Assembly: GCA_041178425.1 (NCBI GenBank)
Contig: JBEGVH010000040.1
Coordinates: 1-64,000 of the forward strand
Source of the DNA: Pseudomonadota bacterium
GTDB taxonomy: Bacteria > Bdellovibrionota > Bdellovibrionia > Bdellovibrionales > Bdellovibrionaceae
Reading direction: 5' to 3'
DNA length: 64,000 nt
Shown: positions 21,801 to 29,793 of the stretch, piece after piece
How the letters are laid out: each line of letters opens with the position of its first letter
Position numbering within the stretch: the first letter of the stretch is position 1
The notes under the pieces: model-generated
The model's database searches: none
The model's input: the letters and a program-made list of their open reading frames with translations, nothing else
Told to the model about the DNA's origin: nothing
Program-made: the position numbers and the translations under genes

Positions 21801-22522
21801 TTGATAATGCGCGCGAGGATATCTTGCGTTCTGACGATGAGTTTGATCATGGTTTTGTGGATTGGTATCGAAAAATCGTAGAAGAACCGATTGCGAGCAC
21901 AGACAAGGGTTTGTGGAAAGATGTTCAGGCCAATTATGAGACTCTTCTGGATAGACATTTTTTTCCAACTCTACAAAAGAAGGAGGCCGGTGGTCTTTGC
22001 AAAGAGGGCTCAAGTCGCTGTGGTCTAACTTCGAAGGTCTATTTTCAGTCGGAGGGTGTTTTTGAGTCGGCGACGATTGAGTTCCATACTTACCTACGGG
22101 TACTCCAAGTTATTCTTGAGAAAGCTGTTTCTTTGAATACTCCGAATCAACAGGCTGATAGGGCGGCATTGATGACCTTGGTTTCTGCAGCTGATGATCA
22201 GAGAACTCAGTTGCTAAAAGCGATTGAGGGGATCTCTGTGCGTGAGCGCGCGATTGATGCGAGTTCGATACGTGCCGAATTGGCAGCTTATCAAAAGGCT
22301 ATTTCAGTTCTTGGTGGTGGGATACCGTGGAAGAGTGGGCAGCCGCCAGTGGGTCTTGAAACGGTTGTTGCGCGCCTTTTTGAGCTCATGGAAAGTACTT
22401 TGACAGAGGTCGAAGGCTACCAAAATTACGTGGAAGCCCTCAGTTTAAATAAAAATCATTTAAACAGTTCTCAGGGGGCAACAAGTGGTTCCCGTCGCAT
22501 TGACCCTCGGGCACGTTTTTAG
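18827..22522 (+). CDS. Large hypothetical protein, probably exported/membrane-associated
   Basis: 1231-aa ORF with an N-terminal hydrophobic segment and several central hydrophobic helices; no recognised family. Confidence 0.7.
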   Translation: MVFKLFTPSRQSCVSHEKGELAFFTRLVSVALFAFLPSQAFTSGKTSPTLESKRLTNNCGGASCSKENPAKGNVTIVLSDLVERALIVTIRQDIATVYDQSLLKEIKELEAATSGIDRSNERNDIFLDFIVNQLTGDFFERQHLNIISKTKKLSRESLMEWSRQVHQQVPAKYPAPQSFFEQYQQGLDSLLADNKEGLFQRSSLVGLMKSQIKQRVLLRSPKIREMLARGDVSAQTTSESSSRRIEGTRTELLIDGLGAKVTPVGLIIPDSKFESLIQESPGHLRMMKTVEFAKDFGAQTVLFNIPLYWVTLAHVGLDYSRNPQAISDFFKSLKDPASHVGFAAFIAANHKFSKIWLHMTDPRFHFLGPYLGMAMGMTASSMISSFWHDPTIQSCARSHLSDREACQKAYNGWVLSGKINELAPSIAGLLGTAVLSGIVSKGLVESGKITSQGIQKVGAASAEKLAVRLQGLHILPKKIYQGARLEEYLLNLRKVKGLVNTNIVTIGSNLVFLAVDPFVSIPIERQWQEWQLTSFNLSQFLELNTPLGNLENMARFMMFENVKLPHEITEKTLPQVHSALNIAVDSFIKENFNLLDPKACLAQGTTKEKADSLKKVSQPRHWTGGKNAEFENLRGCLEKSDLPFWLGKYSEVQKDWRTHLVSESVNASLQWSSTIADFLTMFNGTRQFYDFVIRNIWEHRRRVIEINKGPGGAEEKKVKIAKDREELILRVFRRTELLKVAYEATKVPAVRASTEMVSANGVNEKRVVVPARSEEEKERYADLYPRAMGGFNITELSDFLLASMVCGPRAEERPSAFQKFTSLRWLPWESIASVMPSVFTTTKIAEPFSPVLQTAPGMTFEMVPPRITEKNEVCDPAQWLEREDSVVNRISEIPSVNKSPVTSAFKEKAPKLMANASQMMDGVASAVSQLSEKVVGAFTDEVRQNKYGLSVGRAFENAGREGELWRDESALLYWQKIKVGSRVYRGVIDYLIDNAREDILRSDDEFDHGFVDWYRKIVEEPIASTDKGLWKDVQANYETLLDRHFFPTLQKKEAGGLCKEGSSRCGLTSKVYFQSEGVFESATIEFHTYLRVLQVILEKAVSLNTPNQQADRAALMTLVSAADDQRTQLLKAIEGISVRERAIDASSIRAELAAYQKAISVLGGGIPWKSGQPPVGLETVVARLFELMESTLTEVEGYQNYVEALSLNKNHLNSSQGATSGSRRIDPRARF

Positions 22523-22577
22523 CATTAAGTCGCTTTGGTACGAATAATTTGGTTACTAAATAAAAATGGAGGATAAA

Positions 22578-23015
22578 ATGAAAATAGGTTTAATCGTTGC
22601 TCTCTCGTTGGTTTCTGGAATGGCTTTCGCTGGTCCCAAAGAGACAAGTTCTGCGAAAAAAATGGAAAGAACAACCGAAGAGGGTAAAAAAGAAAAGCAA
22701 GGTCTCGAAACGAAAGCTGTCGCCGTTGAAGGGCAAAAGGCTCAAGCCGGAAAAACAATGACAAGTGACAGCTCGGCCTCTCAGGGTATTGATTATCTCA
22801 AAAAAGTAGCGGCTAAGGCCGATGGCAATAAAGTCTATGAAGCGGCTGGAGGAATTGCAGAGGCCGCTGCGACGGGCGACGCCCGTTCAGTAGAAGTGGC
22901 TAGTCGTCTCGCTGAGCTCATTAAATCTGAGAAAGATGTTTTGAAGGCTTTCGATCGAGTGGTTGAAGAGTTCAAGTTGAATAAAGAAGAGGTTTTAGAA
23001 AACTGTAAAAGTTAA
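22578..23015 (+). CDS. Small secreted helical hypothetical protein
   Basis: GGAGG RBS, signal peptide ending AFA, followed by a terminator. Confidence 0.75.
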   Translation: MKIGLIVALSLVSGMAFAGPKETSSAKKMERTTEEGKKEKQGLETKAVAVEGQKAQAGKTMTSDSSASQGIDYLKKVAAKADGNKVYEAAGGIAEAAATGDARSVEVASRLAELIKSEKDVLKAFDRVVEEFKLNKEEVLENCKS

Positions 23016-23052
23016 GTTTTTTCCGACTATCGGAAAGCTTGCTTCGAATGGG

Positions 23053-23085
23053 AAGGGCCACCTCTGTGGCCCTTTTTATTTTTTT
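23053..23085 (+). terminator. Intrinsic terminator
   Basis: AAGGGCCAC-CTCT-GTGGCCCTT followed by a T-tract. Confidence 0.85.
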
Positions 23086-23086
23086 G

Positions 23087-23183
23087 GGGTCTGTCCCCTC
23101 CCAATTCTCAATTTTCCTTCTGCCATCGCTACTCCCATTGGGGTCTGTCCCCCGAATTTCTCCCCCGAATTTCCCCGAATTTT
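23087..23183 (+). repeat. Two copies of GGGTCTGTCCCC (23087, 23141) followed by a tandem CCCCGAATTT x3
   Basis: Direct reading of the sequence. Confidence 0.9.
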
Positions 23184-23193
23184 GTGAAGGCTT

Positions 23194-23643
23194 TTACTTT
23201 GAGATCGTGTAAAGAGTGGCGCCACTTGCTACCAAAAGCACTCCAGCCACTTTTGCCAGAGAGAATGGAATTCCATTGACCCAGTGATCCCACATTGAAC
23301 TGAATAAAATCTGAGCACTTATTATTAGGATAAAGACTTGTGCGGCCCCAAGGTGCCTGATGCTCCAGGGGGTGAGAGTCACAATCACAAATCCGCAGAG
23401 TCCTGGCACTAAGTGCCAAAAATGAAATTCATATTGGCTGAGCTTGGGTGGAATAAAGTCCGGCATAGCCATTGGAAACTTCTGGGCCAAAATAAAAAGA
23501 GCAAAGGCAATTACGGCAAAAACCAAGGCATTTAACAAGCTGGCCGTCGATAGGCCGTAGGCCAGAGAGAATTGTTTATTTAGAATTCCCTGCATCACGA
23601 TACAAAGACCGACAGAAATTGGAATCAAATACCAGGTGATCAT
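23194..23643 (-). CDS. DMT family (YdcZ-like) small membrane transporter
   Basis: ~150 aa, hydrophobic; QGILN, PGLCG, QILFSSMWDH, GVLLVASG pattern; ATG at 23643. Confidence 0.8.
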   Translation of the reverse strand: MITWYLIPISVGLCIVMQGILNKQFSLAYGLSTASLLNALVFAVIAFALFILAQKFPMAMPDFIPPKLSQYEFHFWHLVPGLCGFVIVTLTPWSIRHLGAAQVFILIISAQILFSSMWDHWVNGIPFSLAKVAGVLLVASGATLYTISK

Positions 23644-23674
23644 CGAGCCATCCTTTTTTGGGATATCCTGGCAG

Positions 23675-23686
23675 GGGTCTGTCCCC
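23675..23686 (+). repeat. GGGTCTGTCCCC motif copy
   Basis: Exact match upstream of the DMT gene. Confidence 0.9.
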
Positions 23687-23816
23687 AAAGACAACACGTT
23701 CTTTGCCTGCGGATTGCGTTATGTGTTGAGTAAAAGAGAAGGAATTTGTTTGAGACGCCTTTGAAACCTTGCTACAAATTCCGCAATTATATCTGGGAAT
23801 TCAAGGAGATGGTGGA

Positions 23817-24818
23817 ATGGCACTCAATTATAAAGAGGCTGGGGTCGACGTCGTTGCTGGAGAATCGCTCGTTCATTGGCTCGTTGGTTCTAAGCAGGGT
23901 AAAAAGCATTTTCAAAATAACATCGTTTCCGGAATTGGCGGATTTGCTTCTCTGTTCAGGGTTGACTTCAAATCCATGGAAAAGCCTTGCTTGGTCACTT
24001 GCACCGATGGGGTTGGCACAAAAGTAAAACTCGGTAGTCAATTTGGCCGCTATTCGAGCCTCGGACAAGATCTCGTTGCTATGTGTGTGAACGATCTTAT
24101 TTGTTGTGGCGGCATGCCCCTCCTTTTTTTAGATTACTACGCAACCGGAAAACTGGAACTCGAGGCGGCAAAAGATTTTCTAGGGGGTGTTCAAAAAGCC
24201 TGCGACGATTCTCTTTGTGCGCTCGTTGGTGGGGAAACAGCAGAAATGCCTGGGGTCTACGCCAATAAAGATTTTGACTGTGCTGGTTTTGCCGTTGGTG
24301 TCGTGGATGAGGTGAAAGCCCTCGGGCCTCATCGAGTTCAAGAAGGCGATGTGGTTATTGGAATTAGTAGTAATGGATTTCACAGCAATGGATATTCACT
24401 CCTTCGAAAAGTTTTTGCACAAGATATCGAGCAATGGATCGACTATCTTTTACGTCCTACCCATCTCTATGTAGCCCTAATGAAAGAGCTACTTGATAAA
24501 AAAGTCGAGCTCCACGCCGCAGCTCATATCACTGGCGAGGGAATTGAAAACGTACCTCGAGTGATCCCAGATCATCTTGCATGGGAAGGTCAATCTTGGA
24601 TATGGCCTGAGCCCTTTGTTGAAGTTCAAAATCGCACTGGGATGTCTGATGCCGAGATGATGCGAACGTTGAACTGTGGAATAGGGTTTACGTTTATGCT
24701 CCCTGCCTCTCAAGCGCCAATGGTCCACGAGGTTGCACGAAACCTTGGATATAGCACGCATGACATTGGACGGATCGTTGCTCGAGGAGTCGATGGAAAA
24801 GATATCATTGGGTTATAA
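23817..24818 (+). CDS. purM: Phosphoribosylformylglycinamidine cyclo-ligase (AIR synthetase)
   Basis: YKEAGVD, TDGVGTK, DLVAMCVND, GGETAEMPG, SNGFHSNGYSL. Confidence 0.97.
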   Translation: MALNYKEAGVDVVAGESLVHWLVGSKQGKKHFQNNIVSGIGGFASLFRVDFKSMEKPCLVTCTDGVGTKVKLGSQFGRYSSLGQDLVAMCVNDLICCGGMPLLFLDYYATGKLELEAAKDFLGGVQKACDDSLCALVGGETAEMPGVYANKDFDCAGFAVGVVDEVKALGPHRVQEGDVVIGISSNGFHSNGYSLLRKVFAQDIEQWIDYLLRPTHLYVALMKELLDKKVELHAAAHITGEGIENVPRVIPDHLAWEGQSWIWPEPFVEVQNRTGMSDAEMMRTLNCGIGFTFMLPASQAPMVHEVARNLGYSTHDIGRIVARGVDGKDIIGL

Positions 24819-24882
24819 TCTGCACGATAAAATCTGGGCCAAAAGTAATAAATGAGCTGATGGCAAAAGAGAGGAGGAACTA

Positions 24883-25476
24883 GTGAAGAGTCATATGGAA
24901 AGTTTTAAAAAACCTCAACAGTCTTCTGATTCCCCTCTCTCCTGGGCGGTGTTTATATCTGGTTTCGGAAGTAACTTGCAGGCACTGATTGATGCTGATC
25001 CAAAAATTAGAATTGAATTGGTCGTATCGAGTCGAGCTGATGCTCCGGGACTCGAAAGGGCTAAAGTGGCGGGAATACCAACTTTGATTCTTGCCAAATC
25101 CATCGATTGGATTGAGTTGTCTACCACTCTTACTAAATTAAATATTGATCGTATTTTTTTGGCCGGTTTTATGAAAGTCGTGCCCTCTCTTTTTATCTCT
25201 AATTGGACGAATAGAATCCTGAATCTTCATCCGAGTCTTTTGCCAGCGTATAAAGGACTCGGTGCCATCGAGAGAAGCTACAAAGATAATGCATCAATGG
25301 GAGTCACTGTGCATTGGGTGACTCAAGATCTCGATGCTGGTCCGATTTTGTTACAAAAAGAAGTGCTTGCTGCTGGGCGAGCCCAAGATTTTCCTTTCGA
25401 GACAGTTAAAGAGTTAATCCATAAAACGGAAAACCAGATTGTCGTAGATGCCGTGCGGAGGTGCCAGGAATGTTAA
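24883..25476 (+). CDS. purN: Phosphoribosylglycinamide formyltransferase
   Basis: ISGFGSNLQAL, LAGFMK, NLHPSLLP, GVTVHWV..LDAGPI. Confidence 0.95.
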   Translation: MKSHMESFKKPQQSSDSPLSWAVFISGFGSNLQALIDADPKIRIELVVSSRADAPGLERAKVAGIPTLILAKSIDWIELSTTLTKLNIDRIFLAGFMKVVPSLFISNWTNRILNLHPSLLPAYKGLGAIERSYKDNASMGVTVHWVTQDLDAGPILLQKEVLAAGRAQDFPFETVKELIHKTENQIVVDAVRRCQEC

Positions 25477-26762
25477 CGTCTCCGCGGGTCATTATTGCAT
25501 CAGTCTATGGCCGAGGCCACTGGTTGGCAGTTGAGCTTGTGCGTGCTGGTTTTAACGTACAATTACTTGAGCTGACTTCGAGAATTAGTAAGGCGTTGCC
25601 AGAAGATCACGACGGGCCCTTTGGGTATTTTTCCTCTCCTCGCTGGGAAAGTCTTGAGCGAGATTCGCTTGGGTCTCTTGGTGAGCTCAAAGAAAAACCC
25701 CATGGTTACACTGTTTGGCTTAAGAGTGGTCCATGGGAGTTTGCTGGGCCGACTTCTTCTTATAGGGCAGAGGCACTGAAACAAACTCAAGAGGCCAAAG
25801 ATTTTGTTCGAAACGGTAGTGATCCCAACGTTGATCGTGGCGGCTGGAGCAATGAACTAAAAAAAGCTGACTTTGATTTTCGTTGGTTTGCGAGTTTGGC
25901 CTCGGATTTTCAATCCAACCAGGGGCGAAGGGCCAATGATGCGTTTCAGAATGCGATCCCTAGTGGTCTCTTCGAAAAGTATTTAACTCGAAATCCTGAA
26001 ACCTTCGATTTAAAGTCCAGCCTCAAATGGTGCTTTGATCAGGGAGTTGTCGTTGTCGAAGACGCAGATATTCCGGATGTAGCCGTTGAAAATCGGCGTG
26101 TTCAGGGGGTTGAAGTCAAGGGAAGAAAATCAGGCTTTGTAAGATGCGAACAACTCATATGGACTCTCACATCCGCAGAAACGGAACAATTGTCATTGAG
26201 AGTCTTCTTAAAGCTATTTAAGGGCAGAATCATTGAGCCTGAGTGGTGTTGGATGCGTTATAAAATTCAGTTCGATGAATCGGTTGAATTTCACCAGCTA
26301 CCGTCGAGTTTTTTAATGATTGATGATCTTCATGTGCCATGGACAAACGAAAATTTTGTCACCTTTAGAAAAGGGCAATTTGCGAGACACTATCATGTAT
26401 GGATGCGTTTGCCATACTCGCAAAGATTTCATTCGGAGTACTTGGCCGAACGAATTGAACCAGTCTTGTTGAGCCTCCGGAATCGTTGTCCACGATTGAA
26501 GGCGAAGCTGCTCACTTTGCCACTCGAAGCACAAAGTCATTCCAAAGAGATAGGACCATGTATTTTTCCAATTTATCGTTATGAGGATCTCATAAATCCG
26601 CCGGGACTATCCTTTTTTAATTTATGGTATAGTCACCCTGAGAATTGGCCTTCTTATGGAATTGAGCCGATCTTGTATTCACAAAAGAAAATTATAGCTG
26701 AAATGCAAAAGTGGTGGGGCGACCTTACTGAAGAACAAAAGAAGAAGGAGTTAGAGCTGTGA
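25461..26762 (+). CDS. Hypothetical protein within the pur operon, degenerate FAD-dependent oxidoreductase-like
   Basis: N-terminal beta-alpha-beta resembling a Rossmann start but lacking GxGxxG; VENRRVQGVEV segment; overlaps purN and purB. Confidence 0.6.
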   Translation: MPGMLTSPRVIIASVYGRGHWLAVELVRAGFNVQLLELTSRISKALPEDHDGPFGYFSSPRWESLERDSLGSLGELKEKPHGYTVWLKSGPWEFAGPTSSYRAEALKQTQEAKDFVRNGSDPNVDRGGWSNELKKADFDFRWFASLASDFQSNQGRRANDAFQNAIPSGLFEKYLTRNPETFDLKSSLKWCFDQGVVVVEDADIPDVAVENRRVQGVEVKGRKSGFVRCEQLIWTLTSAETEQLSLRVFLKLFKGRIIEPEWCWMRYKIQFDESVEFHQLPSSFLMIDDLHVPWTNENFVTFRKGQFARHYHVWMRLPYSQRFHSEYLAERIEPVLLSLRNRCPRLKAKLLTLPLEAQSHSKEIGPCIFPIYRYEDLINPPGLSFFNLWYSHPENWPSYGIEPILYSQKKIIAEMQKWWGDLTEEQKKKELEL

Positions 26763-28051
26763 TTGAACGATACACACGACCTGAAATGGGCAAACTTTGG
26801 GAAGTCGAAAACCGATTTGCAAAAATGCTCGAGGTGGAAATTGCGGTGGCAGAGTCTCAGTCAGAGCTAGGCTTCATTCCCGCTGAGGCTGCCAAAGCCA
26901 TTCGTAAAAAAGGTAAATTCAATGTGGCTCGAATTGCAGAAATCGAACTCGAAACAAAGCACGACGTTATCGCCTTTGTGAGCAATGTCGCTGAGAATGT
27001 CGGAAGCTTTGGTCGCTTTGTTCACTTTGGAATGACGAGCAGTGATGTTTTGGATACCGCGCTTAGTTTGCAGGTTCGCGAAGCTGGATTGGTTCTCGGT
27101 AAAACTCTGGATGATCTCGAAAAAGCGCTGATCAAGTTGGCTAAGACGGAAGCGAGCACGCTGTGTGCTGGGCGAACCCACGGCATGTTTGCCGAGCCAA
27201 CCACTTTTGGTGCGAAAATGGCTGGGTTTTTAGCCGAATTAAAAAGACATCGTCGTCGCCTCGATGAAGCCTTAAAAGAAATGATGATCTGTAAACTCAG
27301 CGGAGCCGTTGGTACATATTCCAGTCAGCCTCCCGAGGTTGAAGCTCGAGTAGCAAAGAAATTAAACCTGAAGCCAGAAACCGTAGCGACTCAAGTTATA
27401 CCTCGCGACCGCCATGCGGCCCTTTTTATGGCCCTAGCTCTTCTGGGCTCAGGCTTTGAGCGTTTAGCCGTTGAACTCCGTCACCTTCAAAGAAGTGAAG
27501 TGGGAGAGGTGATCGAGGGTTTTCAAAAAGGGCAAAAGGGGTCTTCGGCGATGCCTCACAAGAAGAATCCAATCACTGCCGAAAACGTGACTGGTTTGTC
27601 TCGATTATTGCGGTCTTACGCTTTTGCTTCTGTAGAGAATGTAGCCCTCTGGCATGAACGTGACATCAGTCATTCATCGGTTGAGAGGGTTGTGTTTCCA
27701 GACGCTTTTATTGTGGCTGATTATGCTGCCTTTCGCATGACGCAACTTTTGAATGGGTTATCTGTGCAGAGAGAGCGCATGCTTGAAAATATTGATCGAG
27801 CTCAAGGAACTTTGTTTAGTTCGCACATTCTTCTTGCTCTTGTTGATAAGGGCTTGAGTCGCGAAGAGGCCTATAAAGTTGTGCAGAAGCATAGCCATGC
27901 GCTTCGTAAGGGGGAGCATTTACGGGAGAGTTTATTGAGTGATCCAGAAACTAAGAAACTTCTCAAAGCGAAGGAGCTTGATGAAATCTTCTCTGGAAAG
28001 CGTCATACCAAACGTATTAACGAGATAATTCAGAAAGCTTTGAAGAACTAG
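26759..28051 (+). CDS. purB: Adenylosuccinate lyase
   Basis: MIERY, HDVIAF, TSSDVLDT, GSSAMPHKKNP, LWHERDISHSS. Confidence 0.98.
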   Translation: MIERYTRPEMGKLWEVENRFAKMLEVEIAVAESQSELGFIPAEAAKAIRKKGKFNVARIAEIELETKHDVIAFVSNVAENVGSFGRFVHFGMTSSDVLDTALSLQVREAGLVLGKTLDDLEKALIKLAKTEASTLCAGRTHGMFAEPTTFGAKMAGFLAELKRHRRRLDEALKEMMICKLSGAVGTYSSQPPEVEARVAKKLNLKPETVATQVIPRDRHAALFMALALLGSGFERLAVELRHLQRSEVGEVIEGFQKGQKGSSAMPHKKNPITAENVTGLSRLLRSYAFASVENVALWHERDISHSSVERVVFPDAFIVADYAAFRMTQLLNGLSVQRERMLENIDRAQGTLFSSHILLALVDKGLSREEAYKVVQKHSHALRKGEHLRESLLSDPETKKLLKAKELDEIFSGKRHTKRINEIIQKALKN

Positions 28052-28144
28052 TGTTAGACAAAAAAGGAAGGGTCGGTGCTCTTCCTTCGGGATAGGAATT
28101 AAAAGTATTTGAATGGTAATTTCACTAAATAGAAAAGGAATCTT

Positions 28145-28864
28145 ATGACAGGGCAACTACTCTATGAAGGAAAAGCAAAGAAGATTTTTGATATTCCCGG
28201 AGAACCGCAAAATGTTCTCATGGAATTTAAGGATAGTCTTACTGCGTTCAATGCACAAAAAAAGGGTTCCTTTGAATCTAAGGGAGTCGTGAATCGGGAT
28301 ATCGCTGCTTGGATTTTTAAATTTCTCGAAACCAAAGGAGTAAAATCTCATTTTATTGAGAACATCGGTGAACGATCGATGAAAACCCGTCGAGTCGAAA
28401 TTGTTCCTCTCGAAGTTGTGATTCGAAATACTTTGGCGGGCTCAACCGCAAAAAAAATGGGAAAAGAAGAGGGTGAGCTTTTAAAGAAGCCTCTTGTAGA
28501 ATTTTATTTTAAAAAGGATGAATTGAACGATCCTTTTGTAAGCGATGATCAAATTCTCGCGTTTTCAATCGCAGATGAGAAGACGATTGCGGAATTAAAG
28601 CGACAGGCTCTCCTGATTAATTCGGCCTTGTTGGGGCTTTTTGAATCGATTGGAATCAAACTTGTCGACTTCAAAGTGGAATTCGGAAAGACCAGTAGCG
28701 GCGAAATAATGTTGGCGGATGAGATCACACCTGATTGCTGTCGCCTGTGGGATCTTAAAACGGGTGAGAAAATGGATAAAGATCGTTTTCGTCGCGATCT
28801 TGGAAATATTGATCAATATTATCATGAAGTTTTACAGCGTTTAAATAAAAGAGGAGGTGTTTAA
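28145..28864 (+). CDS. purC: SAICAR synthetase
   Basis: LYEGKAK, PLEVVIRN, VDFKVEFG, LADEITPDCCRLWD, DKDRFR. Confidence 0.98.
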   Translation: MTGQLLYEGKAKKIFDIPGEPQNVLMEFKDSLTAFNAQKKGSFESKGVVNRDIAAWIFKFLETKGVKSHFIENIGERSMKTRRVEIVPLEVVIRNTLAGSTAKKMGKEEGELLKKPLVEFYFKKDELNDPFVSDDQILAFSIADEKTIAELKRQALLINSALLGLFESIGIKLVDFKVEFGKTSSGEIMLADEITPDCCRLWDLKTGEKMDKDRFRRDLGNIDQYYHEVLQRLNKRGGV

Positions 28865-29124
28865 TGAGCGGTATTATTCGTGTTGGAGTAAAAGTGATGC
28901 CCCGAGAAGTAATCCTAGATACTCAGGGGAGAGCAGTTGAACATCTCTTGAAACAAAAGCAAATGCATGTCAGCCACTGTCGTGTGGGCCGTTTTGTGGA
29001 GTTAGAGTTTGCTACCGAGAGTGAGAAGGCAGCGTTAGAGCAAGCTAAGGTTATTGCTGAAACTGTTCTTCATAACCCATTAATTGAAACATTTGAACTT
29101 ATTCCGATGACGAACGGGAGGTAG
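28864..29124 (+). CDS. purS: FGAM synthase subunit PurS
   Basis: ILDTQGRAV, RVGR, LHNPLIE; lies between purC and purQ. Confidence 0.93.
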   Translation: MSGIIRVGVKVMPREVILDTQGRAVEHLLKQKQMHVSHCRVGRFVELEFATESEKAALEQAKVIAETVLHNPLIETFELIPMTNGR

Positions 29125-29127
29125 TTT

Positions 29128-29793
29128 GTGAGTCGTTCTGTTGGAGTGATTCGATTTCCGGGCACCAACTGTGATCGGGATGTTTTTGAAGCCGTGCAAA
29201 TGGCAGGTTTGAAAGCAGAGTGGTTGTGGCACCTTGATCGTTTTGAAGCGAAAAAGTATCGTGCTCTTGTGTTGCCTGGTGGATTCAGTTTTGGCGACTA
29301 TCTTCGTGCTGGTGCCTTAGCGGCACGGTCTCCGGTGATGGACTCGGTGAGAGAGGCAGCAAAGTCTGGAACTCCAGTGCTTGGTATTTGTAATGGTTTT
29401 CAGATTCTTTGCGAAAGTCATTTATTGCCTGGGGCCTTGGTTAAAAATGAGAGCCTTCGATTCCAAGATGAGTGGGTTGACCTTACGGTGGTCAATGCTC
29501 ACAAGGCCTTTGGTTCAAATTTAAAGAGCGGAGCCAGTTTGAAGTTGCCGATTGCTCACGGTGAAGGTCGTTTTTATGCCTCAGAGGCTGAATTGAAGCG
29601 GCTGTGGGATTCTGGACAAGTTTGGTTGACTTATAAACACAATCCAAATGGGTCTTTGCAGAATATTGCCGGCGTTATGAGTGATGATAAGAATGTGGTG
29701 GCGTTAATGCCTCACCCAGAACGTGCAATGAAAGCATGGATGGGATCAGAAGACGGGCAAATCATCTTTAAAACTTTGGAGAGTATCCTATGA
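29128..29793 (+). CDS. purQ: FGAM synthase glutaminase subunit PurQ
   Basis: FPGTNCDRD, PGGFSFGDYLR, GICNGFQ, AHGEG, MPHPER. Confidence 0.97.
   Translation: MSRSVGVIRFPGTNCDRDVFEAVQMAGLKAEWLWHLDRFEAKKYRALVLPGGFSFGDYLRAGALAARSPVMDSVREAAKSGTPVLGICNGFQILCESHLLPGALVKNESLRFQDEWVDLTVVNAHKAFGSNLKSGASLKLPIAHGEGRFYASEAELKRLWDSGQVWLTYKHNPNGSLQNIAGVMSDDKNVVALMPHPERAMKAWMGSEDGQIIFKTLESIL

Noticed and set aside
23087..23183. CRISPR array suggested by repeated motif copies
   Set aside because: The repeat is only 12 bp, spacing is irregular and no cas genes are present
24525..24545. PurM HITGEG instead of the usual HITGGG as a sign of pseudogenisation
   Set aside because: A single substitution in an otherwise intact full-length ORF; insufficient evidence
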